DNA of 64,000 nucleotides from Pseudomonas phage SM1. The translations under genes and the position numbers were made by a program. The DNA is taken from sequence record NC_041877.1; one strand, 5' to 3'. The notes beneath the pieces were generated by a model, which saw only the letters and a program-made list of their open reading frames with translations, searched no databases and had not been told where the DNA came from. Of the stretch, positions 63,985 to 64,000 are shown piece by piece; within the stretch, counting starts at the first letter, position 1; each line of letters opens with the position of its first letter.

Positions 63985-64000
63985 ATGCAAGCGTTTGCAC
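63985..64000. promoter_or_regulatory. motif copy ATGCAAGCGTTTGCAC fused to TATAAT (63981-63986) at window end
   Basis: Same family. Confidence 0.8.

Noticed and set aside
1-64000. CRISPR arrays, integrase/excisionase or CI-type repressor, toxin-antitoxin pairs
   Set aside because: None seen. There are no regularly spaced direct repeats, and no tyrosine/serine recombinase signatures in any long ORF. The phage therefore looks virulent.

Overview
This window reads as most of a GC-rich, virulent tailed-phage genome (siphovirus-like; the host is probably a Pseudomonas-like Gram-negative bacterium). Every gene I can support is on the + strand. Short motifs and terminators were hand-counted and may be off by 1-2 nt. 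CDS bounds follow the ORF track with starts refined by RBS inspection.

Gene order, left to right:
- Morphogenesis module: 3' part of a major capsid gene, head-tail joining and tail-completion genes, major tail protein, a G/GT-type tail chaperone pair with a perfect T7 slippery site, a 1751-aa tape measure, and six tail/baseplate/fibre genes.
- Lysis cassette: holin, GH19 endolysin, overlapping i-/o-spanins.
- An AAA+ ATPase cluster, a terminator and an early promoter.
- A large replication/recombination module: O-like initiator with an embedded iteron/AT-rich origin, DnaB helicase, family-A DNA polymerase with an N-terminal UDG-like domain, TOPRIM primase, gp32-like SSB, SF2 helicase, RecA/UvsX, a Cas4-like nuclease and RuvC.
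- An unusual trio: a stand-alone ParB-like gene, a ParB-ParB-CmoB-like methyltransferase fusion and a full-length CmoA (Cx-SAM synthase) homolog.
- Small and large terminase, dCTP deaminase and PhoH.
- A ~1.6-kb ORF-poor, inverted-repeat-rich region carrying tRNA-Arg(UCU) and a tRNA-like 3' fragment.
- Further unknown genes and a second tail-fibre locus.

Portal, protease and scaffold genes are not in the window, so the genome is larger than 64 kb or the window is permuted.

The most striking sequence-level signal is a 16-bp palindromic motif, GTGCAAGCGTTTGCAC (core TGCAA-RCGY-TTGCA), present in at least 18 copies. About 10 sit at gene junctions: right after a stop codon, right before an SD, or fused to or near -10-like hexamers. 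About 8 lie inside genes, mostly in frames encoding Q-A-L-A or A-N-A-C. This looks like a genome-wide operator or promoter-proximal regulatory regulon.

The candidate novel system is a CmoA/CmoB-like carboxy-SAM pathway tethered to ParB DNA-binding domains. This suggests carboxymethyl-type nucleic-acid (DNA?) modification, and it sits in a genome that also carries dCTP deaminase, a UDG-like PolA domain and a DUF1643 protein.
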